Source of the DNA: Candidatus Bathyarchaeota archaeon
Lineage (GTDB): Archaea; Thermoproteota; Bathyarchaeia; Bathyarchaeales; Bathycorpusculaceae
Direction of reading: 5' to 3'
Assembly: GCA_963832745.1 (NCBI GenBank)
Contig: CAWHVC010000004.1
Coordinates: 1 to 64,000 of the forward strand
Length of the DNA stretch: 64,000 bases
A program made the position numbers and the translations under genes. The notes beneath the pieces were generated by a model, which ran no database searches, was not told where the DNA came from, and was given only the letters and a program-made list of their open reading frames with translations. Below are positions 40,445-51,234 of the stretch, in pieces (the first letter of the stretch is position 1; every line of letters starts with the position of its first letter).

Positions 40445-41080
40445 ATGGAAGTGTCAACAAGGATTATGCAAAACAAAGTGCTTGCAGCAACGTTATTGCT
40501 TCTACTATTGGTGCTATCGTCACTTTCTTTAATGCCGAGTGCTGAGGCAAATTTTGTTTCTCCGCCTGCAAATCCAGAAATCCACTTTTTATCGCCAGTT
40601 AATACAACTTATAGCTCAAACAATATTTCGATAAATATTGGGTTTGAAACTTACAAAACTAGCTATTATGCTGGCCCTAGACTTGAGTCTTCGAGGCAAT
40701 TTCAGTATGCTTTAGATGGAGAAGAATATCAACGGATTAGAATAACCAATGCAAGTATAGGTCAAAACCCGGGGAGCCAAGTTTGGTTTGAAGGATTAAT
40801 TCAGTTGCATAACCTCACTGAAGGGCTGCATAATTTAACTGTGAAGGTTGTATTCAATTATAGTGAGCCATCGTATCCTCCAAGTCAAAATTACAATATC
40901 CATACTGAGACTATTTCAAACGCCTATCTCGTAATAGACAGTCAGTATGACTCGACGCATAATGCCTTAGAAACGCCTGTTTATCTCTTAATAATTGGGT
41001 CGGTTGTGGCAATAGCACTTGTCAGTTCAGCAGCTCTATGCGCTTACCGAAGAAGACAGAAAACTAAACCCACATCCTAA
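40445..41080 (+). CDS. Secreted Ig-like, C-terminally anchored protein
   Basis: Signal peptide, SPVNTTY...YALDG...LTEGLHNLTV, C-terminal TM. Confidence 0.75.
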   Translation: MEVSTRIMQNKVLAATLLLLLLVLSSLSLMPSAEANFVSPPANPEIHFLSPVNTTYSSNNISINIGFETYKTSYYAGPRLESSRQFQYALDGEEYQRIRITNASIGQNPGSQVWFEGLIQLHNLTEGLHNLTVKVVFNYSEPSYPPSQNYNIHTETISNAYLVIDSQYDSTHNALETPVYLLIIGSVVAIALVSSAALCAYRRRQKTKPTS

Positions 41081-41094
41081 CAGCAAATTGCAGT

Positions 41095-41853
41095 TTATGG
41101 TTGTCCGTCGTCTTTTAATGCATCACCAAAAATGCGTCTTAGTTCTCGTTTCATGGATGCTGTGTCTTGTGTTAATCCGAAGTAGTCTGCGAAGTAATCG
41201 GTGGTTTTGAGTGCCATGCTTCGGCCTACGCGTTCTGAACCGATTAAGCCCATGTCTTTGAGCATTTTCACGTGACCATATGCGTGTTGGCCTCGGACTT
41301 CAACAACCCGTTTCTGGGTGATTGGTTGCCTAAACGCGATGTATGAAAGTGTCTTTAGAGGACCAGAAGAGAGCAAGGGACGGTTGACAAGTTTTTTGAT
41401 TAAGGGGGTAAATTCGGCTTTAACCTGCAAAACGTACCGTTCATCTTTTAGCGCCAAAATTTCCATGGGCGAGTTTCTTGCAGCGTACTCTTGCATGACG
41501 AGTTCCGTGTATTTTTTGACTTTCTTTTTTGAACGGCTGTTCACTGCTTGGCAAAGCTCGTTTAGGTCTAAGGGACGTCCTGCAACGTATAGGGCTGCTT
41601 CGATTAAGGCTAAGTTGCGTTTTAGTTTTTCTGCAGCTTGGGCTTGATTAACCTCTTTTGCGTCGTCATCGTCGTCTTGTTCTGCTTGGGGTTGAGCTTC
41701 AACTTGTTTAGCGGATGGTTCAGGCTGGGCAGTTGCTGGTGTTGACTGCTCAATTGGCACGGCTTGTTGTGCTGCCTCGGCTGGTTGAACTGGCACCTGC
41801 TGCTCAGTTGCCGCTGCCTGAGTGTCACTTAAATGGTGGTCCGGCTTTTCCAA
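41095..41853 (-). CDS. scpB: Segregation/condensation protein B
   Basis: IEAALYVAGRPL, TLSYIAFRQPIT, TTDYFADYFG. Confidence 0.93.
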   Translation of the reverse strand: MEKPDHHLSDTQAAATEQQVPVQPAEAAQQAVPIEQSTPATAQPEPSAKQVEAQPQAEQDDDDDAKEVNQAQAAEKLKRNLALIEAALYVAGRPLDLNELCQAVNSRSKKKVKKYTELVMQEYAARNSPMEILALKDERYVLQVKAEFTPLIKKLVNRPLLSSGPLKTLSYIAFRQPITQKRVVEVRGQHAYGHVKMLKDMGLIGSERVGRSMALKTTDYFADYFGLTQDTASMKRELRRIFGDALKDDGQP

Positions 41854-42556
41854 CTTTTAGGTTCCCCACTGCAATATACAATTCTTCTGTTTCTTCATTT
41901 TGCCACAAGCTAACTAAACCATCTTGCGCAAGGAAGAGTAGATAAATGAACATTCTTAAGGCTTCTATACGAGTTGCCCCTTTAATCAGCGTTGTGAAGT
42001 CAATGATGCCTTGACCATGCACCTTCTCAACCAGTAACGCGTAAAGTTTGTCAACCTGATTCTCTAATTCGGCAATAAAGCGGTCGAATTGTGGAAGCAA
42101 ATCTGAAACAGCAGGCAAAACAGGCGTTTGAGCCACCATTCGGTCGAGCCTTGAAAGTTTTTCGCCCTTTAAGACTTCATCTAAGACTTCAAGCAGATGC
42201 TGAATAGTAGTTGAAGTCAACTCGTGACGCAAGGGCAAAAACAGTGGCGGTGGTACAAAGTCTGGTGGAAGCCTCTGGACTGCTGGTGGAGGCGGCTCCT
42301 GCAAAGTCAAGAGCAACTTTGATTTCATAAGGTAAATCAGAGCAGATGAATCAAGAGCGACGCCTGAAGCTCGAAAATCCACTTTACCTGTGTGATCCAT
42401 TTCTGTAAGGAAGGAACGCAGCAGATAAGCAATGTTAACGTTCCAAGGTGTGCCAAGTTTGTCTATTTTGCTAAGTTCAAAAAGGATGTTCCAAGGTGGA
42501 CGCAAATAGAACGGCTTGCGAGTTGGCGCGGTTGGAGGCGGTGTTGTGGACGCCAT
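41825..42556 (-). CDS. scpA: Segregation/condensation protein A (kleisin)
   Basis: PWNVNI, DFRASGVAL...YLMKS, FIYLLFLA; between smc and scpB. Confidence 0.85.
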   Translation of the reverse strand: MASTTPPPTAPTRKPFYLRPPWNILFELSKIDKLGTPWNVNIAYLLRSFLTEMDHTGKVDFRASGVALDSSALIYLMKSKLLLTLQEPPPPAVQRLPPDFVPPPLFLPLRHELTSTTIQHLLEVLDEVLKGEKLSRLDRMVAQTPVLPAVSDLLPQFDRFIAELENQVDKLYALLVEKVHGQGIIDFTTLIKGATRIEALRMFIYLLFLAQDGLVSLWQNEETEELYIAVGNLKVGKAGPPFK

Positions 42557-45500
42557 TACCGGGATAACTCTCCTTTGGTTGGTGTTTCAGGCGGAAACTT
42601 GGCAGTAACTACGTTACTGATGCCGTTGCGTTCGTAGACACCGTAGACTTTTTGGGCTTTGTTAACCATTTCAGGACGCAAACTAATAACAATAAATTGG
42701 GTCCGTCCAGCTTCCTCAAGCAGCAACTCGGCAAGCTTAGTTGTGTGGAAAGCATCCAAGTGAGCGTCAGCTTCGTCAAGGATATAGAAGGAGGCTGGCG
42801 AAAACTCTTTGAGACTAAAAATGAACGCGACTGCGGAACATGAACGTTCGCCACCACTAGCCCCACTGACAACAATAGCTGGCTTGTTAGGAAACTGAAC
42901 AATCATGTCAATGCCGCCCGTAAATGGGTCATCAGGATTTTCCAGTTTCAACGTTGCAGTTCCGCCGCCTGATAGCTTATCAAAGTAACCCTGAAGGCTC
43001 GTGTTGATTTTTTCAAAAGCGTTCATGAAGACCTTACGCTTCTTTGCATCAATCTCATCCATAAACGCTACAATAGCCTGTTTTTCCCGTTCCAACTCGT
43101 TTAAACGCACTGATAGTTCACGGTAACGCGAGATTTGGTCAGCATAATGACTGAGCGCAAGCTGATTAACAGCGCCGATACGTTCCAACTCAAACTGCAT
43201 CATTCGAATGGTTGTATCTGCATCTTGAACCTGCTTCTGGCTAATTTCAAGCACATGTTCAAAACCGTACTGTTTAAGCTGATTCTGCAAGGTCTGAAGA
43301 CGCAGGTTACTGGTTTGAATTGTCAGGGTTAACTGGTTAAGAAGCATGTCAGCCTGCTCATACTCAGCATCTAACAAGCGCAGTTCAGTATCGATAGCAT
43401 CAATTTGACTGGTAAACTTTTTGGATTCCTCACGAGCCGAAAACACCGCGTTAGACAATTCAACACGGCTTTTCTCTAAATCATCAAGCTCCTTCTTCAA
43501 GTTATCCCGTTGCTGGAGAGCTTCAGCAATTTCTTTTTCAAGCTTCTTATGCTGCTGATCAACTTTGGACAACTGGATTTTGACGTTCTGGTAACCTACA
43601 CGAAGCACGTTATCAAATTGTGACTGCCGAGTAGAAATTTCAGTCTGCAGCGTACCCAAATTTTGGCGCAAAGTGTTTGTTTCTTCGCCGACTCTTTCTC
43701 TTTGTACTTCAAGGTCCTGAATATGGCTAACATCAGTCTTTTGCCGAAACTCAGACAATTCAATATGATTCTTTTGCAGCGACTTTTTGATTGCGTTACG
43801 CTCTGACATGTACATGCTCATACGGCCCTTGTAGGCGGCGATTTCCCTCTCCAGCCTGCCACCATACTTTTCAGTATGCCGAACGTTAAGCTGTGTACGT
43901 TTAACGCTGCGTCTAATCCTAACAACTTCACGGTCCAATGTAATGATAAACTCGTTAAGCCGACTCATTTCAATCTTAGCATGCTCAATTTCCTCATCAA
44001 TCCCAGTTATGTCTGAACCTCTTTGCGTAAGATGCGTTTGAAGCGCCTTAACAGCTTCATCAAGACTTTTCAGCGCGTTTTCACTGGGAATAATTGTTGA
44101 AAAATCAATAGGTGCACGATAAAAACCGCTTTCAAAAGCACCCGATTCATACAAGTCACCACTAACTGTAACCGAACGGTAACCATTATTTGAAAGCGCA
44201 AAACCAGTTTTATCATTCGAAACAACTATGGTATCGCCAAAAACATAATCAACCGCAAAATCAAACTTTTTATCATACTTAATAAAGCCTGAAAGTTGCC
44301 CAACCACGCCTTCACGAATTGGCGCCGGCTTTGTTTTCCGCGAAATTGCACCTTGCAACGGTATAATTTTAATTCTACCAAGCTTCATACGACGCAAGGT
44401 TTCAGCACACATGAAAGCGGCTTCAACATCTTTAACCACCAACGCATCAAGCCAACCAGTAGCAGCTGCTTCTACAGCTTTCTTGTAGTTTTTATCAATC
44501 TTAATTAAACTACGTAGTCTGCCCTGAATACCACTTATTGCGCCAACATCACCCATTTCTTCAATGCTACGTAGAGCTTTTTCTTCCTGCGCAATGGTTG
44601 CAGCAAGATCTTTTTGGGTTGCAAACTCTATCACTGCATCTTTAGCAGAACGTGCAATCCGTTCAGCATCAGTAATTTCCTTTTGCACAAGCTCTTTTTG
44701 GCTGGTTTTGCGTTCAATTGTATTTTCAAGATTCTTTATCTGCGCTTTTTGGTCTCTTTGCACCTGCTCAAGTTCGCTAAGAGACTTTTCCAGCTCGGCT
44801 AAGTTAATAACAAACTTTTCTTTTCGCACAGTAAGGTTTTTGAGGCGTCCAGCGCAAGTTCGCATCGCAGATTTATCTTTAGTGTATTCCGAACGCAGAT
44901 ACGCGAGCCGTTTGGTGTGGCTTTCAATCTGCATTTCTATTCCGCGAGCTTTGTGATTGTTATCGCCAAGACCTTCCCAAAGCTGAGCAGTTTCTTTAGC
45001 CAAAGCCTCATGTATGGCTTCTTTTTCTTCGATTTGGGCTTTGACTTTTTCGTATTCAGATTTGTAAGCGCGGATTTTAAGGCGGTTATCTTTAATTTCG
45101 TTTTGGATTGAGTCATGATGGACCTGGTTGTTTTGGGAGACCCGTTTTAGGCTTTCAAGGCTGGCTTGACCGGAACTAATTTGAGTTGTTAACTCGGTTA
45201 AACGTGATTTTAATTCGCCAATGTTGATTTGGACTTTGAGAACTTGGCTGCCGCCTTCTTCAAGGGTTTCCCCGCTGAGTTTACGCCATTCGCCTTCTAT
45301 GTCATGACGTTTACCCCTGCGCAGTTCACGTTGCTCTTTAAGCTTGTCAACGCGCGCCTGTACTTTTTCAGTGTTAACTGCAGATTCCTGTAGTTTCGCA
45401 GTTAACTGGGCGATTTCATTAGAAATTTTTATTGCTTGAAACTTTTTAGTTTCCTCTTGAATAAAATTGTAACGTAATAATTGATTGCGTTCACGTTCAA

Positions 45501-46125
45501 GGTCGTCAAGGCGTTTTTGAACTTCATCAATTCTGCCCATGGCAGTGCGAATGCTGATGTCGGCGCTGCGCAGTTTTTCTTCTGCTTCAGCCTTTTCTGA
45601 GTCATATTGTCCTATACCGATAAGTTCTTCAATGATTTTTCGGCGGTCTAACGGGTTAATTTCTGTTAACCTGGTAATTTGGCCCTGTGGAATGATGTTT
45701 TGGCTCATGCTGCTGATTGCAGCCATGGAGAGGGTTTCAATAATGTGTGAACGGCTCATTCTTCTACCGTTGAGACGGTAAACGCTTTGGCCATTGCGGT
45801 AAACTTCTCGGGAAATGGTGACTGTTGAGGTGTCTACAGGCATTAAGCCGTCTGCGTTGTCAAATTGAACAACTACTTTGGCCATTTTGGATTTTTCTAA
45901 GCCGCCTTTTTCTGAACCATGAAAAATTAGTCGTGAAGCGTTGTCAGCTCTCATTCTTCTTGTAGATAATTCTCCAAGCGAGAATAGGAGGGCATCCATA
46001 ATGTTGGTTTTGCCGCTGCCGTTTGGGCCTGTGATTGCTGTGAAACCTTTGTCTAGGTTTACTTTTACTGTTTGTGGCCCGAAAGACTTGAAGCCTTTTA
46101 ATTCGATTCTTTTAATGTACGGCAA
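42556..46125 (-). CDS. smc: Chromosome segregation protein SMC
   Basis: GFKSF, GPNGSGKTN, coiled coils with hinge, SGGERS, ILDEADAHLD. Confidence 0.96.
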   Translation of the reverse strand: MPYIKRIELKGFKSFGPQTVKVNLDKGFTAITGPNGSGKTNIMDALLFSLGELSTRRMRADNASRLIFHGSEKGGLEKSKMAKVVVQFDNADGLMPVDTSTVTISREVYRNGQSVYRLNGRRMSRSHIIETLSMAAISSMSQNIIPQGQITRLTEINPLDRRKIIEELIGIGQYDSEKAEAEEKLRSADISIRTAMGRIDEVQKRLDDLERERNQLLRYNFIQEETKKFQAIKISNEIAQLTAKLQESAVNTEKVQARVDKLKEQRELRRGKRHDIEGEWRKLSGETLEEGGSQVLKVQINIGELKSRLTELTTQISSGQASLESLKRVSQNNQVHHDSIQNEIKDNRLKIRAYKSEYEKVKAQIEEKEAIHEALAKETAQLWEGLGDNNHKARGIEMQIESHTKRLAYLRSEYTKDKSAMRTCAGRLKNLTVRKEKFVINLAELEKSLSELEQVQRDQKAQIKNLENTIERKTSQKELVQKEITDAERIARSAKDAVIEFATQKDLAATIAQEEKALRSIEEMGDVGAISGIQGRLRSLIKIDKNYKKAVEAAATGWLDALVVKDVEAAFMCAETLRRMKLGRIKIIPLQGAISRKTKPAPIREGVVGQLSGFIKYDKKFDFAVDYVFGDTIVVSNDKTGFALSNNGYRSVTVSGDLYESGAFESGFYRAPIDFSTIIPSENALKSLDEAVKALQTHLTQRGSDITGIDEEIEHAKIEMSRLNEFIITLDREVVRIRRSVKRTQLNVRHTEKYGGRLEREIAAYKGRMSMYMSERNAIKKSLQKNHIELSEFRQKTDVSHIQDLEVQRERVGEETNTLRQNLGTLQTEISTRQSQFDNVLRVGYQNVKIQLSKVDQQHKKLEKEIAEALQQRDNLKKELDDLEKSRVELSNAVFSAREESKKFTSQIDAIDTELRLLDAEYEQADMLLNQLTLTIQTSNLRLQTLQNQLKQYGFEHVLEISQKQVQDADTTIRMMQFELERIGAVNQLALSHYADQISRYRELSVRLNELEREKQAIVAFMDEIDAKKRKVFMNAFEKINTSLQGYFDKLSGGGTATLKLENPDDPFTGGIDMIVQFPNKPAIVVSGASGGERSCSAVAFIFSLKEFSPASFYILDEADAHLDAFHTTKLAELLLEEAGRTQFIVISLRPEMVNKAQKVYGVYERNGISNVVTAKFPPETPTKGELSR

Positions 46126-46494
46126 TTCAGTCCTTTATCCTCACTTGGCAACGCTTTTTAAGTTAACATGTCATCATCGTACGTATAAAAGCTTATACCA
46201 ACCGCTCCTATTTTACATTTTTAAATAACAAACAGCTTAACACTAAAATTTGTCAACAGTAAAAGCCTTTTCTGAAATAAAATTGCCCAATTTTTGATTA
46301 TTTGAGTGAAATTACACGCAGATTTAGCATTAAATATTAAACTTGAAAATCGAGGGTGCCAATAAAAAAGGGTGAGAAAAATTAGTTTAAAGTTTTCCAG
46401 TTATTGCCTGAAAGTTTCGATTAAAAAAATTAAACGCCTAAATACTTGAGTAGAGTAAGCAAATCTTACAAACGGAACCAAAGGTGAAACAGGT

Positions 46495-46710
46495 TTGAGT
46501 TTTGGTAATTCATTAAAAAGTCTTGGCACCGTTCAAGAAGCCCTTGTTTTAGGCTTAATGATTGTTTCAATGTTTGCACTTTTCTATTTTGACTTTGACA
46601 TAACATTGAAAATTGGAATTGCAGTTTTAGCCTTCACAATTATTTTGTTGGCAAGCATTGCAAGTCAGTTGCTTAACATTCAAAAAGAAGCAGCTAAAGC
46701 GCGACAATAA
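46495..46710 (+). CDS. Small membrane protein
   Basis: Two TM; RBS-like AGGTGA upstream. Confidence 0.65.
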   Translation: MSFGNSLKSLGTVQEALVLGLMIVSMFALFYFDFDITLKIGIAVLAFTIILLASIASQLLNIQKEAAKARQ

Positions 46711-46814
46711 CTTTCGCCTGATTTTGCTCGCTTTTGAACCATTAGGTACCAACTTTAGGTTCTGCATTAGTTTTTGATCGAAATTAAATAGTAGGTTTAA
46801 TTACGCTTGGAATC

Positions 46815-47150
46815 CTATTGAACGTTGATGTTATGAATTTTCTTAAGTAGCGCCTTGCACTCTTCCATGCCTTTCTCAGTTATTTCAACCACTTGGTGAC
46901 TGCCACCCCAAGACCTAACCGAACGTACCCTTACAAGCTCTGAAGATTTCAACTTGGACAAATGATTCTCCAAACTGCCCTTTCCCAAACCAACAAAAGA
47001 ACGCAAATCCGACGCACTCAACTTCTTATTCATTGCAAGCAGTATCAAAATAAGTATTCGAGTTGACGATTTGAAGCTAGGTTCGCTTAGCTGTTCATTT
47101 AACGATTTTATTGCTTCAGCATCGGAGGTCTTCTCAGTGTCTGTTACCAC
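46815..47150 (-). CDS. Winged-helix transcriptional regulator (ArsR/MarR-like)
   Basis: RILILILLA...GLGKGSLENHLSKLKSSELV...EITEKG. Confidence 0.85.
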   Translation of the reverse strand: MVTDTEKTSDAEAIKSLNEQLSEPSFKSSTRILILILLAMNKKLSASDLRSFVGLGKGSLENHLSKLKSSELVRVRSVRSWGGSHQVVEITEKGMEECKALLKKIHNINVQ

Positions 47151-47821
47151 TAAACTTGGTCCTCCGGTGAGTTAGGCAGTTTCTGCCTGTAAGCGTGCAG
47201 TGAAGCGGAAAGAAAGACGGCGGCCATTATTGTCAAAATGGTCAGATAAAATATCATGTGAGCGTGTAGCAGGAAGAGGGTGAGGATGCCGATTGTGCAT
47301 AACGCGTATGTTATCAGTACAGCTATGCCTTCTCGTGGTATCTGTTCGGGGAACGAAACTTTAAGGGCAAACAGAAAAGGCAACGTCGAGGTGGCTAAAA
47401 TTCCATAGAGAACTGCCCCCGCAAGTGGGCGTAGAAAAATAATCGCCAAAATAATGGGCACATAATAGGCCAACCATACAACGGCTACTCTCGAGGGTCT
47501 AAGCATTTTTGTCCATATGGAGTCCACGATTTCTCTACGCACTTTCATGACGTTATACGCTTTTTTAAGAATCCAAGTTGCGAAGGCAATTCCAATCATG
47601 CTAATTGTAGTGTTAACTAAAATTCGAGTCTCAAGACCATAGACGGCTGAGAAGCCCACGCTTTCTAAAAGTAATGGCAGAAAAGTGATAAGTGCAATTT
47701 GAACAGCGACTATGCCAAAGCAGTATCCCCATGCCCTTCGCAGTATGTAATGTTCTATAGTGAAGGCTCTTTCTGCAATTTGCCTAACCTGATTTGGCGA
47801 AACCGGTCTTTCTTCAGCCAA
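47150..47821 (-). CDS. Membrane protein
   Basis: About six TM; coupled to the regulator gene. Confidence 0.75.
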   Translation of the reverse strand: MAEERPVSPNQVRQIAERAFTIEHYILRRAWGYCFGIVAVQIALITFLPLLLESVGFSAVYGLETRILVNTTISMIGIAFATWILKKAYNVMKVRREIVDSIWTKMLRPSRVAVVWLAYYVPIILAIIFLRPLAGAVLYGILATSTLPFLFALKVSFPEQIPREGIAVLITYALCTIGILTLFLLHAHMIFYLTILTIMAAVFLSASLHAYRQKLPNSPEDQV

Positions 47822-47881
47822 TAATTTTTCTCCTTAAACCTATTTTTGATGGTAGCGGCTCTTTTGACTTTTATTGTTGCT

Positions 47882-47896
47882 GTACAAAAATTGTAC
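47882..47896. promoter_or_regulatory. Palindromic operator candidate between divergent operons
   Basis: GTACAA-AAA-TTGTAC. Confidence 0.35.
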
Positions 47897-47970
47897 CTAT
47901 AAAACATTATTTATAAAACAATGAATTATACTAGCGGAAATACGGATTTATTTAGTTAAAAGGTAATCGC

Positions 47971-48888
47971 ATGATAGATATGGTTGGTCTTACTAAAAAA
48001 TTCGGTGACCTAACAGCCGTAGACAACCTCACCCTACACGTTGATGACGGAGAAATCTTCGGCTTCTTAGGACCAAACGGAGCAGGCAAAACCACCACGG
48101 TTCGCATGCTCTGCTGCCTCATCTCCAAAACCAGTGGGTCTGCTAAAGTCGGCGGCTACGACATCTCTAACAAAAAGGATTCACTAAAAATACGAAAAAG
48201 CATAGGGTTCGTCTCCGATAACGTTGGATTATCTGAAAATCTGACAGCCTACGACAACCTAGACTTTTTTGCAAAAATGTACGATTGCCCAGAACCCCAA
48301 AGGAAAGAGAACATCCAGCGTTTTCTTGAGATGTTGGGGCTTTGGGAGAAGAGGAATGTTTTGGCAGGAACTTTTTCTAAGGGCATGAAACAAAAACTTG
48401 CTATAGCTCGAGCCTTAATTCATGAACCGCAAGTCATTTTTATGGATGAACCTACCGCGAACTTGGATCCTGAGGCTTCTAAAACTGTGCGAGATTTCAT
48501 TCTTCAATTGAAAAAAGAGAAGAAAACAATTTTTCTGAACACCCACAACCTTGACGAGGCACAGAGAATCTGTGACAAGGTAGCAATAATGAATACGAAT
48601 CTAAGGGCAATTGGTACTCCACAGGAACTTGAAAGGTCTGTTAGCGGCAGGAAGACAGTTATCGGTTTGGAACAGCAAGTCAACGATGCAGTTTTGAGAG
48701 CACTGAAAAATCTGGTGCTCAGGGACCTGTCCAGTGAAGGCAACACGATAACCTTCAGTGTAGACGACGCTGACAAGGAAAACTCGCCTGTTGTAGAGGC
48801 TATAGTGCATGCGGGCGGTCATATTAAATCAATCAATACGGTGGGCTCAACTTTGGAAGATACCTATCTAAAACTTGTGAGGAAGTAA
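47971..48888 (+). CDS. ABC exporter ATP-binding protein
   Basis: GPNGAGKTT, FSKGMKQK, FMDEPT. Confidence 0.95.
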   Translation: MIDMVGLTKKFGDLTAVDNLTLHVDDGEIFGFLGPNGAGKTTTVRMLCCLISKTSGSAKVGGYDISNKKDSLKIRKSIGFVSDNVGLSENLTAYDNLDFFAKMYDCPEPQRKENIQRFLEMLGLWEKRNVLAGTFSKGMKQKLAIARALIHEPQVIFMDEPTANLDPEASKTVRDFILQLKKEKKTIFLNTHNLDEAQRICDKVAIMNTNLRAIGTPQELERSVSGRKTVIGLEQQVNDAVLRALKNLVLRDLSSEGNTITFSVDDADKENSPVVEAIVHAGGHIKSINTVGSTLEDTYLKLVRK

Positions 48889-48891
48889 AAT

Positions 48892-49635
48892 ATGCGACTC
48901 TCAAAGGCTTGGATTATAGCTGCTAGGGATTTCAAAATATTTAGAAGAGTAAAAAACGTCTGGTACTCAATCATTATCTTCCCAGTTGTTATCTCGGTCT
49001 TGTTTCCGGTGATACTTGAATATTTATCAATAAGGGGTAACCCTGGACTCTCAGCGCCAAGTGTGCTTCCAAATTTACTTACTTCTTTTTCTTTCTTTTT
49101 AGTTATAGGCGCAGCGTATGTTCCATTGGGGATTGCCTCCTATAGTATAGTGGGAGAGAAAGTGGAGAAGAGTCTGGAACCGCTCCTAGCCACGCCCATT
49201 ACTGATGGAGAAATATTGCTTGGAAAAGCCATTTCCGCAGTTATTCCAACTTTGATAGCAATGTATGCTGCTGCAGCAGTCTTTATGGTGGGCATTGATG
49301 AGGTTACTTTCGGTACGCTTGGGTACTATTATTTTCCAAACTGGAATATTGCCACTTTGCTTTTGGTTCTGATGCCGGCCGCCATTGTTATGAGTGTTCT
49401 GTTCAGCGTTATTGTTTCATCAAGAGTCAATGATGTACGCAGCGCTAACAGTTTTGGAGTGTTTATTCTCTTTCCCCTCCTTGGCTTATACCTTCTCAGT
49501 GAAACAAGCATAATTACCCTTGATGTAAACACCCTGCTCATAATCTCAGGGGTCCTCTTAGCGGTTGATGTGGCGCTGTTCCTTGTGAGCACAAAAACTT
49601 TTCGAAGGGAGGAAATACTGACAAAATGGAAGTAA
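48892..49635 (+). CDS. ABC-2 type permease
   Basis: VGEKVEKSLEPLLATPI motif, multi-TM. Confidence 0.92.
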   Translation: MRLSKAWIIAARDFKIFRRVKNVWYSIIIFPVVISVLFPVILEYLSIRGNPGLSAPSVLPNLLTSFSFFLVIGAAYVPLGIASYSIVGEKVEKSLEPLLATPITDGEILLGKAISAVIPTLIAMYAAAAVFMVGIDEVTFGTLGYYYFPNWNIATLLLVLMPAAIVMSVLFSVIVSSRVNDVRSANSFGVFILFPLLGLYLLSETSIITLDVNTLLIISGVLLAVDVALFLVSTKTFRREEILTKWK

Positions 49636-49691
49636 ATCCTCTTTACCAGTTGCAAGAAGTTAAAACCAAAATTAATAAGAGGCGATCATAA

Positions 49692-49943
49692 ATGGGAAAA
49701 GCAAAGTTCGAAATCGGAGAAAAAGAAAAACACACTATCACCGTTAATGCAAGCGCACTTTTAAAACTCATCAAGATAGAAGTAGATGGTAAAAAAGTCG
49801 TTAATGAATCTCACTTTACACCTACGGCAAAGAAGTTCCAGTTAGAAGTAGGAGACACCGAAAAGCATCAAGTGGAAATTGAAGCTGGACCCTTCTCCTC
49901 GCCCACTCTAACCGTAGATGGCAAGTCTGTTCAAAAAACCTAA
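49692..49943 (+). CDS. Small beta-rich hypothetical protein
   Basis: Internal repeat FEIGEKEKHTI / LEVGDTEKHQV, each followed by VDGK. Confidence 0.7.
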   Translation: MGKAKFEIGEKEKHTITVNASALLKLIKIEVDGKKVVNESHFTPTAKKFQLEVGDTEKHQVEIEAGPFSSPTLTVDGKSVQKT

Positions 49944-50068
49944 AAAAGCATCATTATCACAAAAGAATGGAATTTAGCCAACTAACTAAAAATTTTTTCC
50001 TGTTTTAATATAAAAAAGGGAACGCAAACCGCGATAAAATTGAAGAGACTAAGAGAGAGGTGAAAAAA

Positions 50069-50272
50069 ATGGTAGACATGAAAGATTACTATCAAACGAA
50101 CAAAGGAAGACTCCTTGGAATTGGGGGAATATTGATTCTTGTGGGTCTTGTCCTATATTTTGCTAGAGGCCAAGAAGCGGTGCTGATATTACCCATCATT
50201 GGGGCTGTTTTGTTCATTGCCGGTGTTATTTATAAGCCGCGCAAGAAGAAAGAAAACGTTACCAGCCAATAA
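50069..50272 (+). CDS. Small membrane protein
   Basis: GAGGTGA RBS; two TM. Confidence 0.65.
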   Translation: MVDMKDYYQTNKGRLLGIGGILILVGLVLYFARGQEAVLILPIIGAVLFIAGVIYKPRKKKENVTSQ

Positions 50273-50399
50273 CCTCTGTTTTTCTTTGAATCTTTTGGCT
50301 CTTTTTTGCCTTATGTTCAAGTAAGCAAAACCTTAAAGCAGAAAACAACTTTTAGTTCAATAGTTCATTTTCGGTTTTTCTTTCGCAAGGCGATTTTTA

Positions 50400-51149
50400 T
50401 TGGTTGAAATGAAGATTGTTTTGATTACAGGCGTCTTATGCATCATTGTAGGTTTAGGCATTATCATCGGTGGAGGCATCGCTATTCCTTACATAAACTC
50501 TTCAATTGACAACCTTCAAACAACCACATCAAACTATTTGTCTCAAGCAGATAATGCCCTTTCAAGCGCCATAAACGCCATAAACTCCACCCAAGTCACG
50601 TTAGTTTACTTAACTTCAGCAACAAACATCAGTTTGCCCCAACTTAACAGTAGCAGCCAATTGACAAGCAACATCGCAAACAACCTGACAGCGATTGGTT
50701 CAACTGTTTCAGCAGTTGGACAAACGTTAGCTGGAATCTCCGTTGGCGGAGTTAGCCCTTTTACTTCAGTCGGTGACATAATATCTTCGATTGATGGTCC
50801 CATACAAACGGCGGCAAGCACGCTTCAAAACGTTTCAGAAAGCATAGGCTCCATTCAGCAGCAAACCTCAGATTTACCTAACAGAATAGAAACAATAACC
50901 ATCCAGCTAGATAATGTGCGGTCTTCTTTGACGTCTTTAAGGTCCAGTGTTAATCAGTTGCAGGATTCATTGTCAAACTATTTTGACCAAGCAAGATTAG
51001 TTGCTCTACTGGCGGTTGCTGGCCTCATGGGGTTGGGCGCCATTTTCCTGTTGATTGGCCTTTCCTTACTTTCCTTGCGGCACAGGGCCATTGAGCATGA
51101 AAGCGCCATTTTCAGAATCTTTGCCAAAAACCCATCCCTGAACTCCTAA
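50400..51149 (+). CDS. Two-TM protein with extracellular helical/coiled-coil domain
   Basis: Ser/Thr/Gln/Leu heptad-like region between TMs. Confidence 0.75.
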   Translation: MVEMKIVLITGVLCIIVGLGIIIGGGIAIPYINSSIDNLQTTTSNYLSQADNALSSAINAINSTQVTLVYLTSATNISLPQLNSSSQLTSNIANNLTAIGSTVSAVGQTLAGISVGGVSPFTSVGDIISSIDGPIQTAASTLQNVSESIGSIQQQTSDLPNRIETITIQLDNVRSSLTSLRSSVNQLQDSLSNYFDQARLVALLAVAGLMGLGAIFLLIGLSLLSLRHRAIEHESAIFRIFAKNPSLNS

Positions 51150-51171
51150 CTCAACTTTCGAGGCCGGTTTT

Positions 51172-51222
51172 GACCTACCCTCTATAGGTTTCTGCATATA
51201 GTTTCTAATAGGGTCCAAATAG
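51172..51222 (+). repeat. Dispersed repeat copy C
   Basis: GACCTACCCTCTATAGGTTTCTGCATATAGTTTCTAATAGGGTCCAAATAG. Confidence 0.75.
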
Positions 51223-51234
51223 ACTGATACTAAC

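Noticed and set aside
41095-46125. smc-scpA-scpB as a Wadjet/MksBEF-type defence system
   Set aside because: Canonical hinge-containing SMC with ScpA/ScpB and no JetD/MksG nuclease; housekeeping condensin
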